A DNA stretch of 64,000 nt from an uncultured SAR86 cluster bacterium (GTDB taxonomy: Bacteria > Pseudomonadota > Gammaproteobacteria > Magnimaribacterales > AG-339-G14), in contig CABYXE010000001.1 in the NCBI GenBank assembly GCA_902522825.1, positions 58,843 to 122,842 of the forward strand, in the 5' to 3' direction. A program made the position numbers and the translations under genes. The notes below the pieces were generated by a model, which saw only the letters and a program-made list of their open reading frames with translations, was not told where the DNA came from and ran no database searches. Shown piece by piece: positions 19,965 to 34,068 of this stretch. Every line of letters starts with the position of its first letter. Positions within the stretch are counted from its first letter, which is position 1.

Positions 19965-21193
19965 ATGGATTTTAACGATACTAAAAATGAAGCTCAATTT
20001 AGAGAAGAAGCAAGTACTTGGTTAAGTAACAATGCTGAAAAAAAACAGCATGCAAGAGATATTTATAAAGCAGCCGGTATACCGGGCGATGGTAGTGCTT
20101 TAAATGATGCTAAAAATTGGCAAGAGAAACTCTATGAAGCAGGATGGGCTTGTCTACATTGGCCAAAAGATTATGGTGGAAGGGACGCTTCTCCAATGGA
20201 AAGAGTCATCTGGAGTCAAGAAATGTCTAAATATAAAGTACCAGGTGGTTATTTTGAAATAGGACAAGGTATGGCTGGACCAGTTTTAATGACCTATGCA
20301 ACCGAAGAACAAAAACAAAGGTATTTGCCCCCAATGGCTAAGGGTGAAGAAGTCTGGTGTCAATTATTTAGTGAACCTGGAGCTGGATCTGACTTAGCAG
20401 GTATTAAAACAAAAGCCGAATTAGATGGAGATACATGGACTATTAATGGTCAAAAAGTTTGGACTTCTGGAGCACAGTTTAGTGACTATGGAATCCTAGT
20501 TACAAGAAGTGATTTTTCTGCTCCTAAGCATAAAGGTTTAACTTACTTTTTCCTTGATATGAAATCTCCAGGAATCGAAATAAGACCTATCAAACAAATT
20601 ACAGGTGGTTCTGGGTTTAATGAAGTTTATTTTACTGATGTAAAAATTCCTGACTCACAAAGATTAGGAGAAGTTGGTGACGGTTGGAAAGTTTCTCTAA
20701 CAACATTAATGAATGAAAGACTTGCTGTTGGAGATGCTTCCGGAGTAGATTTTCAAGAAATTTTTGATCTAGCTAAAGAGCAAGATTTTAATGGCGACCA
20801 AGCTATTAAAAATGGCTCAGTTAGAGAAAAGCTTGCTGACTGGTATTGTGAACAGTCTGGATTGAAATATACAAAAATGAGAAATATTTCTGCCTTATCG
20901 CAAGGAAGTACTCCAGGTCCTGAAGCTTCCATAACAAAAATTGTTAGCGCAAATAAACTTCAAGATATCGCAAACTTCGGTATGGATTTAATGGATAGTG
21001 GTTCAATTGTCAGAGATGATGACACTTCAGCGCTTTTTCAAGGCAGTCTTTTAGGCGCCCCGTTGATCCGAATAGCGGGTGGTACGGATGAAGTCTTAAA
21101 AAATATTATTGCTGAACAAGTTTTAGGCATGCCTCAAGATGTAAGGGTAGATAAGAATGTTCCTTTTAATGAAATTCCTACTGGCACAAAGAA

Positions 21194-21197
<4 letters not shown>
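19965..21197 (+). CDS. Acyl-CoA dehydrogenase, long partner subunit
   Basis: WCQLFSEPGAGSDLA, NGQKVWTS, FNEVYF, IAGGTDEV. Confidence 0.92.
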
Positions 21198-24498
<3,301 letters not shown>

Positions 24499-24502
<4 letters not shown>

Positions 24503-26931
24503 ATCGCAGCTAATTTCATTGCCTCATCAACATCTACCGAAACTAGCCTGGAAACACCTGGTTCCTGCATGGTCACACCTAAAAGATGCTTGCTCTTCTC
24601 CATAGAGATTTTATTATGAGTTACAAAAATAAATTGGACTCGATCAGACATCTCCTCAACCATCGAGATAAATCTTGCCGCATTGAAATCGTCTAAAGGC
24701 GCATCAACTTCATCTAAAATGCAAAAAGGAGCTGGATTTAGGGCAAAGAAAGAGAAAACTAGCGCTATTGCTGAAAGTGCTTTTTCTCCTCCAGAAAGTT
24801 GAGATACGTTTACATTTTTTTTACCAGGAGGCATTGCTCTAAATAGAACTCCAGCTTCTAAAAGATCTTCGCTTGTAAGCTCCAAGTTTGCATGACCACC
24901 ACCAAAAAGTTTTGGAAAAAGCTCGCCTACTTTTAAGTTTAATTGATCCAAAGTATCTTTAAATTTTGTTTTTGATTCCAAATCAATTTTTTTAATTGCA
25001 TTTTGTAAAGTAGTGAGTGCTTTCTCTAATTCAGCAAACTGAGACTCTATTTCATTTTTTCTCTCTTCTTCGATTTTATATTCTTCAGCTGCTGCTAAAT
25101 TTATAGGTCCAATCCTTGATATTGATGATTCTATTTTAGAAATTTCATTGATGAGATTATCTTCGGATTCATCATTATCAAGTTGTTTTAATAATTCTTC
25201 TAAAATAAAGTCGTCTTTTTCTAATTGCTTAAAATAAATTTCTGCTTCAGATATATAGCCTTGTCTTTTTAATTTAGAGTCTTGTGAATCAGATCTAATT
25301 TTTTCAATAGAAATATCAACTTCGTGGGACTTTCTTTCGTTTTGTCTTATCTGCTCTGAAATATCAGAAAATTTTGTTCTTCTATCAGAAAGATCTCCCT
25401 CAACATTTGCTCTCGAATCTAGCAAAGGCTTCATATCTTTCTCTAATTCAGATATTGGTTGAGTTAGTTCTTCAAGCTGCTTATTGCAAGATTCAAGATT
25501 ATTATTAGTTAAATGTTCTTGCTCATCAAAAGATGCTAGGTCACTTGATATAGTTGCAAGACTAACCTTAAGATTGGTAATTTCTCCACTCAAGGATAAC
25601 AAGTCATTTTTTTGAGCTATAAATTTTTCTTCTTGATAGTCTTCTTGTTTTTCTAAAATTTCATTTAATCTAGATAACTTTTCTTCAAATTTTTCTAAAT
25701 CTACAATTATTGGGTTCAAGTCTTCACTAGTCTTAGAATCAAAATTAAGTTTAAAATTCTTAACACTATTCATTAAATTAGATTGTTCAATAAGAATTTG
25801 TTTCAAAATAAAAACTGGTGACATTGCTCCATCTAGTTTTGAAATTGAAGCGTCCATTTTTTCTAGTTGAGGTTCTTTTTCTGCAAGATCAAAATTTAGT
25901 TTTTCCATTTTTTCTAAAAAGGAAACTTTTTTATCGGCTATGTTTAATAGGGTTTCTTTGTGTGATTGTATTTCAAGATTTAGCTCATTTTTTTTCTCCT
26001 TTAGAAAAACTAATTGTTGCTCAGATTTTGAAAGGTTAGCTCCGCTAGAATAAAAATCTTCTTGAATGGAATCTATTTCTAATTGCAGCTCATTTTGTTT
26101 TGCTCTAAAGGTTTCAATTGAGGTTAATAAAGTTTGCTTTTCGCTTTGCAATTTCTCTATTTCTAGTTCTGTTTGTTTTACACTTAAATCTAATTTAGAT
26201 GCAGCTTCATTTCTTGCTTGCCAACTAAAAGCTTTCAATAATCCGTTTAATTTTTTTTCTTTCTCCTTTAAAAAATTGTATTTCTCAGCCGATTTAACTT
26301 GTTGGTTTAGTTTTACTAAAGTCCTTTCAATTTCTTCTCTTAAATCAGAAACTCTATTTAGGTTTTCTCTTGTTTTTTTAATTCTAGACTCTGTTTCTTT
26401 TTTTCTTTCCCTATAAATCGAAATACCTGCTACTTCCTCTATATAGGCCCTCAATTCTTCTGGCTTAGAACTTATTAGCTTAGTTGCCATTTCCTGTTCA
26501 ATAACAGCATAACTTCTTGGCCCTAGCCCTGTTCCTAAAAAGATATCTGTAATATCTTTTCTTCTGCATTCAGATCCATTCAAAGAATAAGTGGATTTTC
26601 CATCTAAATCTAAGACCCTTTTTACAGAGATTTCTGAATAAGAAGAGTATTCTCCACCTAATCTTCCTTGATCATTATTAAAAAGTAGTTCTACTGAAGC
26701 TCTGCTAGATGGAGCTCTTGATGAAGAGCCATTGAAAATTACATCTGCCATTGATTCTCCTCTCAAGTTTTTAGCAGAAATTTCACCCATTACCCATCTA
26801 ACCGCATCGATAATATTAGATTTACCGCACCCATTAGGGCCAACTACGCCTGACATGCTGGAGGGGAGGCTAATTTTCGTTGGATCAACGAAAGATTTAA
26901 AACCTGAAAGACTAATATTTTTTAATCGCAT
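24499..26931 (-). CDS. smc: Chromosome segregation protein Smc, unusually short (810 aa) with no recognisable hinge
   Basis: GFKSF, Walker A GPNGCGKSN, GPINLAA, signature LSGGEK, Walker B LDEVDAPLD, VTH, TMQEPGVS. Confidence 0.92.
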
Positions 26932-26968
26932 ATGTAGCTTTAAAGCTATATTTTAAACGATTTATTAC

Positions 26969-27556
26969 CTATTTACTGTTGTTATTTTGTTTTATTTCTA
27001 ATTCTTTTAACGCAGAATTCATGACTATAATTAAGGATTTTTTTTGATCTTCACTTGTTACATTTTCAAGCGCGATAGACCAGTTTTTAAGAGCTTCCTC
27101 AAACTTACTTTGACTAAACAAATAAAGCCCATTCATTGTTAAAGCTTTATGATTAGAAGGATCTAAAAATAATGACTTACTTAAAGCCTTTAAAACGTCT
27201 TTATTAAATGAAAGATTATTTAAAAGATATTGAACTTCTGCAAATGAGGCATAAAGCTCAGAATCAGCCTGACTAGGAAAATTCTGAATATAGTTTTCTA
27301 AGACTTTGTATGATTGAGCGTAATATCCATCTGCTAATAAATTCATTGCTAAAAGACTTAATTCAGAAGAGGAAATATTATTTATTTGAAGTAATTCATC
27401 AATCCTGTTGTCTAATTCAATAATATAATTTAGATCTTTTTCTGATTCATAGAATGTTTTAAATGATTGTTTGGTTAGATTGTCAAAGCCGCCGATAAAT
27501 AAGTAAACAATCAAAGTAAAGATAATCAAAGAAAACAAAAGAACCTTATTTGTCAT
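26969..27556 (-). CDS. ccmI: CcmI/CycH-like TPR protein
   Basis: TM plus TPR (LDPSNHKAL...A...W); last gene of the ccm operon; ATGA overlap with ccmH. Confidence 0.65.
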   Translation of the reverse strand: MTNKVLLFSLIIFTLIVYLFIGGFDNLTKQSFKTFYESEKDLNYIIELDNRIDELLQINNISSSELSLLAMNLLADGYYAQSYKVLENYIQNFPSQADSELYASFAEVQYLLNNLSFNKDVLKALSKSLFLDPSNHKALTMNGLYLFSQSKFEEALKNWSIALENVTSEDQKKSLIIVMNSALKELEIKQNNNSK

Positions 27557-27936
27557 TTTTTTATCAGAACCAAACAAAGCAAATATAGTGAAAATATAAT
27601 TAGAACTACCGGAAACAGGAAAAGCAAATATGAATAGTTGTTAGTGGGAGGCATATACAAAATATCATCGCCAAATTTATTCGCCAAATAAATTTTAATC
27701 TGATCATCAGTCTTATCTTCTGAGATCATTTCAAAGACTATGTTTTTCATATCTGTGGCAATGGGAGCTGACGATCCGCTGATACTCGAGCCCTCACATA
27801 AAGGACAACTTATTTCATTAGATAATGTATAAAATCTTTTTTCATGATCTAAAGAAGAAAAAGAATATAAATCTAAAGCCTCTTGATTAAACAGCGAAAG
27901 AGAAAATAAAAGAAAAAAGTATTTAAAAAAATTCAT
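27553..27936 (-). CDS. ccmH: Cytochrome c biogenesis protein CcmH
   Basis: ISCPLCEGSSISGS.APIA.D motif, FGDDILY.P. Confidence 0.9.
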   Translation of the reverse strand: MNFFKYFFLLFSLSLFNQEALDLYSFSSLDHEKRFYTLSNEISCPLCEGSSISGSSAPIATDMKNIVFEMISEDKTDDQIKIYLANKFGDDILYMPPTNNYSYLLFLFPVVLIIFSLYLLCLVLIKK

Positions 27937-28439
27937 TTTATTAATTTTATAAATTTATTTGTCCAAATATTTTCATTAACAATGCCGATATGTTTTTGAA
28001 TTATTTTATTTTCTTTATCTATTAAATAAGTTTCCGGCGCACCAGAAACTCCAATTTCCAAACCAAAATTTCCTCTGGGGTCGTATATAGTTTTCCAATA
28101 TGGATTTCCAAACTGATCAAGCCATCTAATAGCTTTTTCTTTGTCATCTTTATAATTTAATCCGAATATTTTTATTCCTTTATTTTTTAAATTCATTAAG
28201 AATCCATGCTCTAATTTGCAATTAACACACCACGTAGCCCAAACATTGATTAATTTATATTCACCTTCAATAAATGCGTCTTGATTAATAATATCTCCAG
28301 TTAGTTCTTTCATTTTAAAAGAAGGGAAACTAGAAACTTCTATTAGTTTTTCGTTGGGATTTAAAAGGGTTAAAGTAAATATAGAAAATAAGATTCCTAT
28401 AGATATAGTCGAAAATATAAATAGCCGAAATTTATTCAT
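27933..28439 (-). CDS. ccmG: Thiol:disulfide interchange protein CcmG/DsbE
   Basis: NVWATWCVNC, NYKD, GAPET. Confidence 0.92.
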   Translation of the reverse strand: MNKFRLFIFSTISIGILFSIFTLTLLNPNEKLIEVSSFPSFKMKELTGDIINQDAFIEGEYKLINVWATWCVNCKLEHGFLMNLKNKGIKIFGLNYKDDKEKAIRWLDQFGNPYWKTIYDPRGNFGLEIGVSGAPETYLIDKENKIIQKHIGIVNENIWTNKFIKLIK

Positions 28440-30324
28440 ATTTTATTCTTCTAAATACTGCCAAGAATCCTCCGATCATCATAATCAATGCGCCAATCCA
28501 AATTAATCTGACGAAGGGTTTTATTTGTATCTTTGCAATCCACTTTCCAGACTCAAGTTTTTCACTAAGACTTATGTATAAGTCCTCTTTCGGCCTTATA
28601 TAGATATCAGATTCTGTCATTACATTATTTGAAGCTGGATAAAAACTTTTTTCAGGCTTTAATAAAATTTTCTTTTGAGTTACGTTATTTTCAACTTCAA
28701 ATTGCACAACTTCAGAAAAATAATTTGAGAATTCCTCTTTACCCTCTTCAATAAGCTTAACTTTATAGTTGCTTAAATTTGTGAATTCCCCTTTTCCTAT
28801 TATTACTTCTTTGTTTTGTGAAAAAGATGAGACCACTCCAATTCCTAAGATCATAATTGCAATTCCAAAGTGTGCAGTAACCATTCCTAAATTATTAACT
28901 ACTAAATTTTTATTATTCAGATTTTTAAAAATATAAATTACTAATCCAGAAATTATTGCGGCAAACATTAAATAACTGGCAAATGAAAAAATGTCCGGAT
29001 AACTAAACAATGTATAGGTAAAAAGGAAAGTAAGTAAAAAAACTATTCCCAAGAGAAGAAGATAGTAGTTTTTTTGTTTTTTTGAATTTCCCCATGAAGT
29101 TAATATTCCATACCCTTGAAAAAAAGCTATAAAGAAAGCTATAGGAACACTTGTTAAATTAAAATAAGGAGCGCCAACAGTTATACTTTTTCCACCTGTA
29201 AAAATATCATAAATAATTGGATATATAGTGCCAAATAAAATAACAGCAGCAAGTATCAAAAGTAAGGCGTTATTAATTAATAAGAAGAACTCTTTGGAAT
29301 AAAAAGTGTAATCCGTTGTTTCTTTTGGAACTGTATCTGCCCGAAAAAAAAGATAAAAAGAGTAGATTGAAATTAAAAGCGTAATTATCAGCAAAATTAA
29401 GCCTCTTTCTGGATCAAGAGCGAAAGTATGAACAGAAGTTAAAATTCCTGATCTAACTAAGAACATACCAATAAAACTTCCAATCACAGCTAAAACTGCC
29501 AACAAGATCGTCCAATTCACAAATATATTTCTTTTATCTGTGACAATCGCAGAATGAATTAAAGCTGTTGCAATAAGCCAAGGTATTAAGGATGAATTTT
29601 CAACGGGGTCCCAAAACCACCAGCCGCCCCAACCAAGCTCATAATAAGCCCACCAACTTCCAAGCGCTATCCCAAGTGTTAGAAAACTCCAAGATAAAGT
29701 AGTCCATTTTTTTATCCTTGAAGACCAAGCGTCTTTCACTCCAATACATCTCCCAAGTGCAATGGCGAATGGAATAACTAAACCAGCGTAACCCAAATAA
29801 AGCATTGGTGGATGAATGGTAAAAGCAAAATCTTGTAATAAAGGATTCAAATCTGTTCCATTTAAAGGAGGAACTGGCAATAATCTTTCAAATGGATTTG
29901 AGGTAAAAATTGTGAATCCTGCAAAACTCATAAAAATTAACGACGTGAATCCATAAAGATAGTTTTTATCTCTAGCTGATTGATATTTCGAAAATAATGC
30001 AAATAAAATAATCCACAAAGAAAGAATTAAAATAAATAAGAGCATAGATCCTTCATGACCTCCCCACAAAGCAGATATTTTGTAATAATTTGGAAGAAAA
30101 GGATTTGAGTTACTTGCTACATAAAGCACACTAAAATCATCAAATAAAAAAGATACTTCGAGCGCAAGAAAGCTAAGAAAAACAAATCCAAATTTAAAAT
30201 AAATTAAAGTACTTAAATCGAGTATTTCTCTTTCAAAATAATAAGAAAAAGTAGCTAAGCAAAAAATAAAAGTGGCTACAGAAAAAGATGCAATAAGAAA
30301 GAAATTTCCAATTTCTGGAATCAT
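28432..30324 (-). CDS. ccmF: Cytochrome c heme lyase CcmF
   Basis: HPPMLYLGY, WAYYELGWGGWWFWDPVEN, SVHTF. Confidence 0.96.
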   Translation of the reverse strand: MIPEIGNFFLIASFSVATFIFCLATFSYYFEREILDLSTLIYFKFGFVFLSFLALEVSFLFDDFSVLYVASNSNPFLPNYYKISALWGGHEGSMLLFILILSLWIILFALFSKYQSARDKNYLYGFTSLIFMSFAGFTIFTSNPFERLLPVPPLNGTDLNPLLQDFAFTIHPPMLYLGYAGLVIPFAIALGRCIGVKDAWSSRIKKWTTLSWSFLTLGIALGSWWAYYELGWGGWWFWDPVENSSLIPWLIATALIHSAIVTDKRNIFVNWTILLAVLAVIGSFIGMFLVRSGILTSVHTFALDPERGLILLIITLLISIYSFYLFFRADTVPKETTDYTFYSKEFFLLINNALLLILAAVILFGTIYPIIYDIFTGGKSITVGAPYFNLTSVPIAFFIAFFQGYGILTSWGNSKKQKNYYLLLLGIVFLLTFLFTYTLFSYPDIFSFASYLMFAAIISGLVIYIFKNLNNKNLVVNNLGMVTAHFGIAIMILGIGVVSSFSQNKEVIIGKGEFTNLSNYKVKLIEEGKEEFSNYFSEVVQFEVENNVTQKKILLKPEKSFYPASNNVMTESDIYIRPKEDLYISLSEKLESGKWIAKIQIKPFVRLIWIGALIMMIGGFLAVFRRIKYE

Positions 30325-30746
30325 TTTCCCTCCAAGGCGTTAACTACTTCTTTTGGTTCATAATTTTCATCGTGTTTAGCTAAAATTTCAAATGCCTGAA
30401 AACTATTATTGTTTTTGTCATAGTAACCTGTTGCCACAACACCTGCGTCTTCTTTAAATAGATCAGGCAAAATTCCAGAATATTTAACGGCTACTTTCTC
30501 TTTTAAGTCTGTAATTATAAAGTTTACTTCTAGAGAATCTGAAACTCTATTCAAAGAGCCTTTTTCAACTAGTCCTCCTATCCTGATTGATTTATTTTTA
30601 AGCGGTCCAGATTCTAATAATTCAGAGGGAGAATAAAATAAATTTATATTTTGATTTAGAGCAATCAAAACTAATCCTACCGCAACAGCAGATGAACTTA
30701 CTATAAATAAGACTGCATAGAGTCTATTTCTTCTAATCTTTATCAA
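30321..30746 (-). CDS. ccmE: Heme chaperone CcmE
   Basis: LPDLF and AKHDENY motifs. Confidence 0.95.
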   Translation of the reverse strand: MIKIRRNRLYAVLFIVSSSAVAVGLVLIALNQNINLFYSPSELLESGPLKNKSIRIGGLVEKGSLNRVSDSLEVNFIITDLKEKVAVKYSGILPDLFKEDAGVVATGYYDKNNNSFQAFEILAKHDENYEPKEVVNALEGK

Positions 30747-30873
30747 TTTCTTGTAATGTTTTTAATTTTTTTAGTTTAAATTTTGGAATTATCAAATTTA
30801 AGCCAATTAAAAAAAGAGTTAAAAAAAAGACAAACCAAACGTGAAAATTATAATCGTTAAAATCGTAAATCAT
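30733..30873 (-). CDS. ccmD: Heme exporter protein CcmD (not in ORF track)
   Basis: Hand translation MIYDFNDYNFHVWFVFFLTLFLIGLNLIIPKFKLKKLKTLQEIDKD: Y..(H)VW, one TM, basic tail; lies between ccmC and ccmE. Confidence 0.8.
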   Translation of the reverse strand: MIYDFNDYNFHVWFVFFLTLFLIGLNLIIPKFKLKKLKTLQEIDKD

Positions 30874-30876
30874 TTT

Positions 30877-31623
30877 TTATAAACTTTTAAACCATTCTTT
30901 ATTAATTTCTCTTTTTGCAATTTCCGCCCTCATTGCCATTAAACCTGATAAAAGAACAATTAAGTAAAACCCTATGATGGAAAGTAAAAGTGGATATAAC
31001 ATTTCAAGAGAAATTGTAGAACTTTCAGTTAGCTTGATGCTCGAAGGTTGATGGAGAGTATTCCACCAATCAACAGATTTTTTTATTATCGGTAAATTAA
31101 CGGCGCCTACTAGAGTCAGAATTGAAACTGCTTGATCAGCTGATTTTTTTTCACTAAAAGACGAATATAAGCTGATAATGGCAATATAAAATATAAATAA
31201 AACTAAGGTTGAAGTAAGTCTTGCATCCCAAATCCACCAAGTTCCCCAAGTAGGTTGGCCCCATATAGAACCACTTATTAAAGCTAAAAATGTGAATGAT
31301 GCGCCTATAGGCGCCATTGATTTTATAAAAATACCTGCCATTTTCATTCGCCAAATCATTGAAACAATTGCGGCTATCGTCATAGTGTAATAAATAGATT
31401 GAGAGACAGAAGCAGCTGGAACATGCATATAAATTATTCTGTAAACATCGCCTTGTTTATAGTCTGTAGGAGAGTAAAAAATTCCCCAGCCGAGTCCTAT
31501 AAATAAAGGGATTAAAGATATAAACGCCACGTAAGGAATTGCAATTCCAGAAAACTTATAAAACCAAGGGTAAGAACCTAACTTGTGATAAAAAGTTATA
31601 AATTTTTTTAAGATCTTACTCAT
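30877..31623 (-). CDS. ccmC: Heme ABC transporter CcmC
   Basis: HVP, WGQPTWGTWWIWDARLT, WWNTLHQ. Confidence 0.96.
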   Translation of the reverse strand: MSKILKKFITFYHKLGSYPWFYKFSGIAIPYVAFISLIPLFIGLGWGIFYSPTDYKQGDVYRIIYMHVPAASVSQSIYYTMTIAAIVSMIWRMKMAGIFIKSMAPIGASFTFLALISGSIWGQPTWGTWWIWDARLTSTLVLFIFYIAIISLYSSFSEKKSADQAVSILTLVGAVNLPIIKKSVDWWNTLHQPSSIKLTESSTISLEMLYPLLLSIIGFYLIVLLSGLMAMRAEIAKREINKEWFKSL

Positions 31624-32290
31624 AATGAAGCCTCAAAGCACCAATACATGCATAACAAATTAACGGAAGTAAAAAAATAAATATCGCCAATAATAATAAA
31701 AAATAAAAAGTTGGGTCTTCGCCATTTAAAAAACTAGAAACTGATGCTGTGCCTAAGATTAAAACTGGCAAGCTTAAAGGTAAAACTATTGCTGGACCGA
31801 GTATAGAACTTTTTCCCAAAGATAAGGCTCCTGCAAGGGCGCCAAATAATGATATTACTGGAGTTCCTAATAAAAGACTTATTAACAAAATAGTTAAACT
31901 TTCTGGTGGAAGAAATAAAAGGAAAACGACAGTTGAAGATAAAATAATTATTGGCAATGAACTAAAAATCCAATTAACTAATATTTTTATAAGAACCAAG
32001 CTTAATGTAGTACTTCTTAAAGAAAAAAATATATCTAATGAACCATCTTCGTAGTCTTCATTAAAAATGTTTTGGATTGATAAAAGTGTTGATAAAAGTA
32101 CACAAATCCAAGTTATACCCGGAGCCAATAATGCTAAATCATTTGGATCATTAGATAAAGCTAGCGGGTAAAGCGAAAGAGTAATCAAAAAAAACACTAT
32201 TGGACTTAAATAAGTACTTGATCTTTTTTTATATGAAACAAGCTCTTTCATGAAAACTCTTTTAGAAATATTATTCATTTTTATAGTCAT
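31616..32290 (-). CDS. ccmB: Heme exporter CcmB
   Basis: DYEDGSL, LLLGTP, LPLSLPVLI. Start may be ATG 32278. Confidence 0.92.
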   Translation of the reverse strand: MTIKMNNISKRVFMKELVSYKKRSSTYLSPIVFFLITLSLYPLALSNDPNDLALLAPGITWICVLLSTLLSIQNIFNEDYEDGSLDIFFSLRSTTLSLVLIKILVNWIFSSLPIIILSSTVVFLLFLPPESLTILLISLLLGTPVISLFGALAGALSLGKSSILGPAIVLPLSLPVLILGTASVSSFLNGEDPTFYFLLLLAIFIFLLPLICYACIGALRLHYE

Positions 32291-32876
32291 CGATATTTAT
32301 TTCTTTAAATTTTTGGCCTTGATTTTCATGAGAGGTAAAGATAATAGAACTTCCATCGTTTATTTTTTTTTCAAATACATTATTCAAGTAATCAATGCCT
32401 TTGGCATCAAGGTTTGAAAATGGCTCGTCAAGGACATAAAGATCTGCTTGAGAAGCAGCTAACAGAGATAATAGAACTTTTTTCTTCTGTCCTTCTGAAT
32501 AATTGCCTAAAAGTGATGAAAATGAGATATCACAACCAAAACTAGAAAAATATTTTTTTACATTATTTAAATTTAAATCTCGGGCTCTTAGATCATTATT
32601 CAAATTTTCTTTTATAGTGAGATTATTTTTGAAACCATTTCTATGGCCTGTATAAAAAATATTTGGAAAAGACATATCTTTTATGTTTTCATCTTTGAAA
32701 TAAATATTTCCTTCGTAGTTTTTAAGAATTCCAGCTATATTTTTTAAAAAAGTACTTTTCCCTGAACCATTTGAGCCAGAAATTTTAATTATAGTTTTTA
32801 TATCTAAGTGAAAGCCTAAATTTTCAAAAAGATATTTATCCGAATAGGCATATGATAAATTATCGACTTTAAGCAT
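32271..32876 (-). CDS. ccmA: Heme ABC exporter ATPase CcmA
   Basis: GSNGSGKST, GH, SEGQ, LDEPF, TSH; first gene of the ccm operon. Confidence 0.9.
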   Translation of the reverse strand: MLKVDNLSYAYSDKYLFENLGFHLDIKTIIKISGSNGSGKSTFLKNIAGILKNYEGNIYFKDENIKDMSFPNIFYTGHRNGFKNNLTIKENLNNDLRARDLNLNNVKKYFSSFGCDISFSSLLGNYSEGQKKKVLLSLLAASQADLYVLDEPFSNLDAKGIDYLNNVFEKKINDGSSIIFTSHENQGQKFKEINIDDYKNE

Positions 32877-32953
32877 GGCTGAGGTGTGTTAAATTAATAA
32901 TTTAACCATTTTAAGTTAATATTATAGCTAATTATAAAATTTAGGACTTTAGA

Positions 32954-33412
32954 ATGAGTGATGATTTTGGAAAGAGAATAAGTATAGAAGAGGTAGAAGA
33001 AGGAACATTGTTTACACCTAAATTTGATGAAAAAGGCTTAATTCCAGTAATAACAGTAGAAGACAGCACTAGTGAAATACTTATGCATGGCTACTCAAAC
33101 AAAGAAGCTTTGCTTAAAACAATCGAAACCAACCAAGCTCATTATTGGAGCAGAAGTAGAAAAAAAATCTGGAAAAAAGGTGAAACTAGTGGTTTAAATC
33201 AAGCAATAAAAAAAATACTCATTGACGACGATCAGGATTGTATAATTTTTAGAGTTGAACTCGGTGGAATGGCAGCAAGTTGTCACGTTGGTTATAAATC
33301 ATGTTTTTATAGGTCATTAGAAGGTAAAAATGAGTTAGTTTTTACTGAGACGGAAAAAGTTTTTGATCCTGAAGAGGTATACGAAGGTCAAGAAAACCCA
33401 ACCATTCTTTAA
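32954..33412 (+). CDS. hisI: Phosphoribosyl-AMP cyclohydrolase
   Basis: GLIP, YWSRSR..W.KGETSG, DDDQD, CHVGYKSCFY. Confidence 0.93.
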   Translation: MSDDFGKRISIEEVEEGTLFTPKFDEKGLIPVITVEDSTSEILMHGYSNKEALLKTIETNQAHYWSRSRKKIWKKGETSGLNQAIKKILIDDDQDCIIFRVELGGMAASCHVGYKSCFYRSLEGKNELVFTETEKVFDPEEVYEGQENPTIL

Positions 33413-33417
33413 TATCT

Positions 33418-33493
33418 GCCCTTGTAGTTTAACTGGATAAAACGGCCGCCTCCTAAGTGGCAACTCTAGGTTCGAGTCCTGGCTGGGGCACCA
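33418..33493 (+). tRNA. tRNA-Arg(CCT)
   Basis: GCCCTTG...CTGGGGC-A-CCA with one U:U mismatch in the acceptor stem; anticodon arm GCCGC-CTCCTAA-GTGGC. Confidence 0.92.
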
Positions 33494-33612
33494 AAAGGTT
33501 TTAAGACTCAATAATCATGAAGGTTTCAGACAACCAGTATATTTCTATATTTTGACCAATAAATTTAGTTACAGTTGATAATCGTTGATTCCTGAAAACC
33601 TATAATATTTAG

Positions 33613-33939
33613 TTATCTAGTTAAAATCTCCATTGCTTTTTTGTCGTCTACTACAGGGACTATTGCAGACTCGCACACTTCGCTCCATCCATTAGCGAAT
33701 TCAATTACAAGAGTCGGATCGTCTGCCTCAACTATAACTATCCCATTGCCAGTCGTGAGGTCATGATATCTAGCAAGCTTTTTAGAGCCCTCTAAGAATT
33801 GACCATCAAGCTCATCTAACGTCAAGGTAGCAAAAACTTTATATGCCTCTTGATTGCATTTGAAATCAATCATGTAGACAGCTGCTTGTGAGATATTACA
33901 AAACATTATCGCAACCCCTAGAACAAAGTATTTTTTCAT
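33613..33939 (-). CDS. DUF3303-like protein with N-terminal signal-peptide-like segment
   Basis: RYH...G.G..IVEADD...W.....IVPVVDD pattern; GGAGA Shine-Dalgarno. Confidence 0.7.
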   Translation of the reverse strand: MKKYFVLGVAIMFCNISQAAVYMIDFKCNQEAYKVFATLTLDELDGQFLEGSKKLARYHDLTTGNGIVIVEADDPTLVIEFANGWSEVCESAIVPVVDDKKAMEILTR

Positions 33940-34068
33940 TTTATGTCTCCAATAGATTTAATGATTTATTATATTAAATTATTATCAAACCGCCATCACT
34001 TCTAACTCTTTTTTTCTCATCCTGATAGTTATAGAGTGCATAATTTGCCGAAGCTCCTTTCTCTGTTT

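Noticed and set aside
25818-26416. Antisense ORFs inside smc as a possible separate or frameshifted hinge
   Set aside because: Wrong strand and no hinge motifs; the smc frame itself is uninterrupted.
33952-33979. dif-like site (TTATATTAAAT resembles the XerD arm)
   Set aside because: No credible XerC arm at 6-bp spacing; likely chance in AT-rich DNA.
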